Shown: positions 63,793 through 64,000 of the stretch, piece by piece
Position numbering within the stretch: position 1 is the stretch's first letter
Layout: each line of letters opens with the position of its first letter
DNA from: Acidobacteriota bacterium
GTDB lineage: Bacteria; Acidobacteriota; Aminicenantia; Aminicenantales; Saccharicenantaceae
Direction of reading: 5' to 3'
DNA: 64,000 nucleotides
Assembly (NCBI GenBank): GCA_014894455.1
Contig: JADBLN010000012.1
Coordinates: forward strand, 24,134-88,133
Notes under the pieces: generated by a model
The model's input: only the letters and a program-made list of their open reading frames with translations
The model's database searches: none
Told to the model about the DNA's origin: nothing
Position numbers and translations under genes: made by a program

Positions 63793-64000
63793 ATGATGAT
63801 CCGATTCGGCACCTCCGGCTGGCGGGGGGTCATGGGCGAGGAATTCACCTTCCACAACGTCCGGGTCGTAGTCCAGGCCATCGCCAACCACCTCCGGAAA
63901 ACCTACGGGGACGGACCGATCTCCGTGGTCGTCGGTTTCGACACGCGATTCCTGTCGGAGCGCTACGCCTTAGAAGCGGCCAAGCTCCTGGCCCGGAACC
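63793..64000 (+). CDS. Phosphoglucomutase/phosphomannomutase family protein, N-terminal 69 aa (continues beyond the window)
   Basis: MMIRFGTSGWRGVMGEEFTFHNVRVVVQAIANHL...VVVGFDTRFLSE, typical of the N-terminus of an alpha-D-phosphohexomutase. Confidence 0.7.
   Translation, partial: MMIRFGTSGWRGVMGEEFTFHNVRVVVQAIANHLRKTYGDGPISVVVGFDTRFLSERYALEAAKLLARN

Noticed and set aside
1-64000. CRISPR arrays, transposases/IS elements, prophage genes, toxin-antitoxin pairs, restriction-modification or other recognisable defence systems
   Set aside because: I read all ORF translations of 60 aa or more. None showed the relevant motifs (Cas, DDE/HUH transposase, integrase, terminase, methyltransferase, etc.), and I saw no spaced direct-repeat array in the nucleotide sequence.

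Overview
High-GC chromosomal segment from a diderm bacterium (BamA/TamB, secretin-type type IV pilus, FadL and DUF481 porins). The taxon cannot be fixed from sequence alone; the gene content looks Acidobacteriota- or Aminicenantes-like, which is only an inference.

The window is gene-dense, and many neighbouring genes overlap by 4 nt (ATGA/GTGA/TGATG), which delineates operons. Most content is housekeeping:
- translation and proteostasis: an EF-G paralogue, mnmA, hslVU, clpB
- DNA repair and replication: mutS, a family-4 UDG, priA
- cofactor, nucleotide and lipid synthesis: coaBC, coaD, gmk, fabD, pgsA
- envelope: tamB-bamA-surA-like, and pilMNOPQ behind coaD
- one RNA gene, tRNA-Phe(GAA)
- several secreted peptidases: M64, DPP-IV (S9B) and an M42 pair
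- a dense acetate node: ADP-forming acetyl-CoA synthetase, pta-ackA, and two extra acetate-kinase-like genes

I saw no CRISPR array, transposase, integrase or recognisable defence system.

The parts I cannot explain by standard annotation:
1. A three-gene operon at 17.4-20.6 kb. It encodes a FolE2-like T-fold protein and two acetate-kinase paralogues, and all three have eroded catalytic motifs. The last gene has no canonical start codon.
2. A lower-GC non-coding region of about 400 nt (50.95-51.35 kb) next to tRNA-Phe. It carries two homologous hairpins with a compensatory base change and GGA-containing loops, so it is a candidate structured or sponge-type RNA.
3. An operon of rubredoxin-fused FTR-like protein, CPHC thioredoxin-fold protein and MnmA, in which MnmA's second catalytic Cys appears to be Tyr.
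4. An octanucleotide repeat that builds chained 2-codon mini-ORFs in front of a porin gene.
5. A decayed aspartase pseudogene.
6. A PriA with degenerate helicase motifs.

Every call rests on reading the translations and on remembered family motifs. No database search, HMM scan or RNA folding was run. Start codons are best guesses based on RBS and promoter context.
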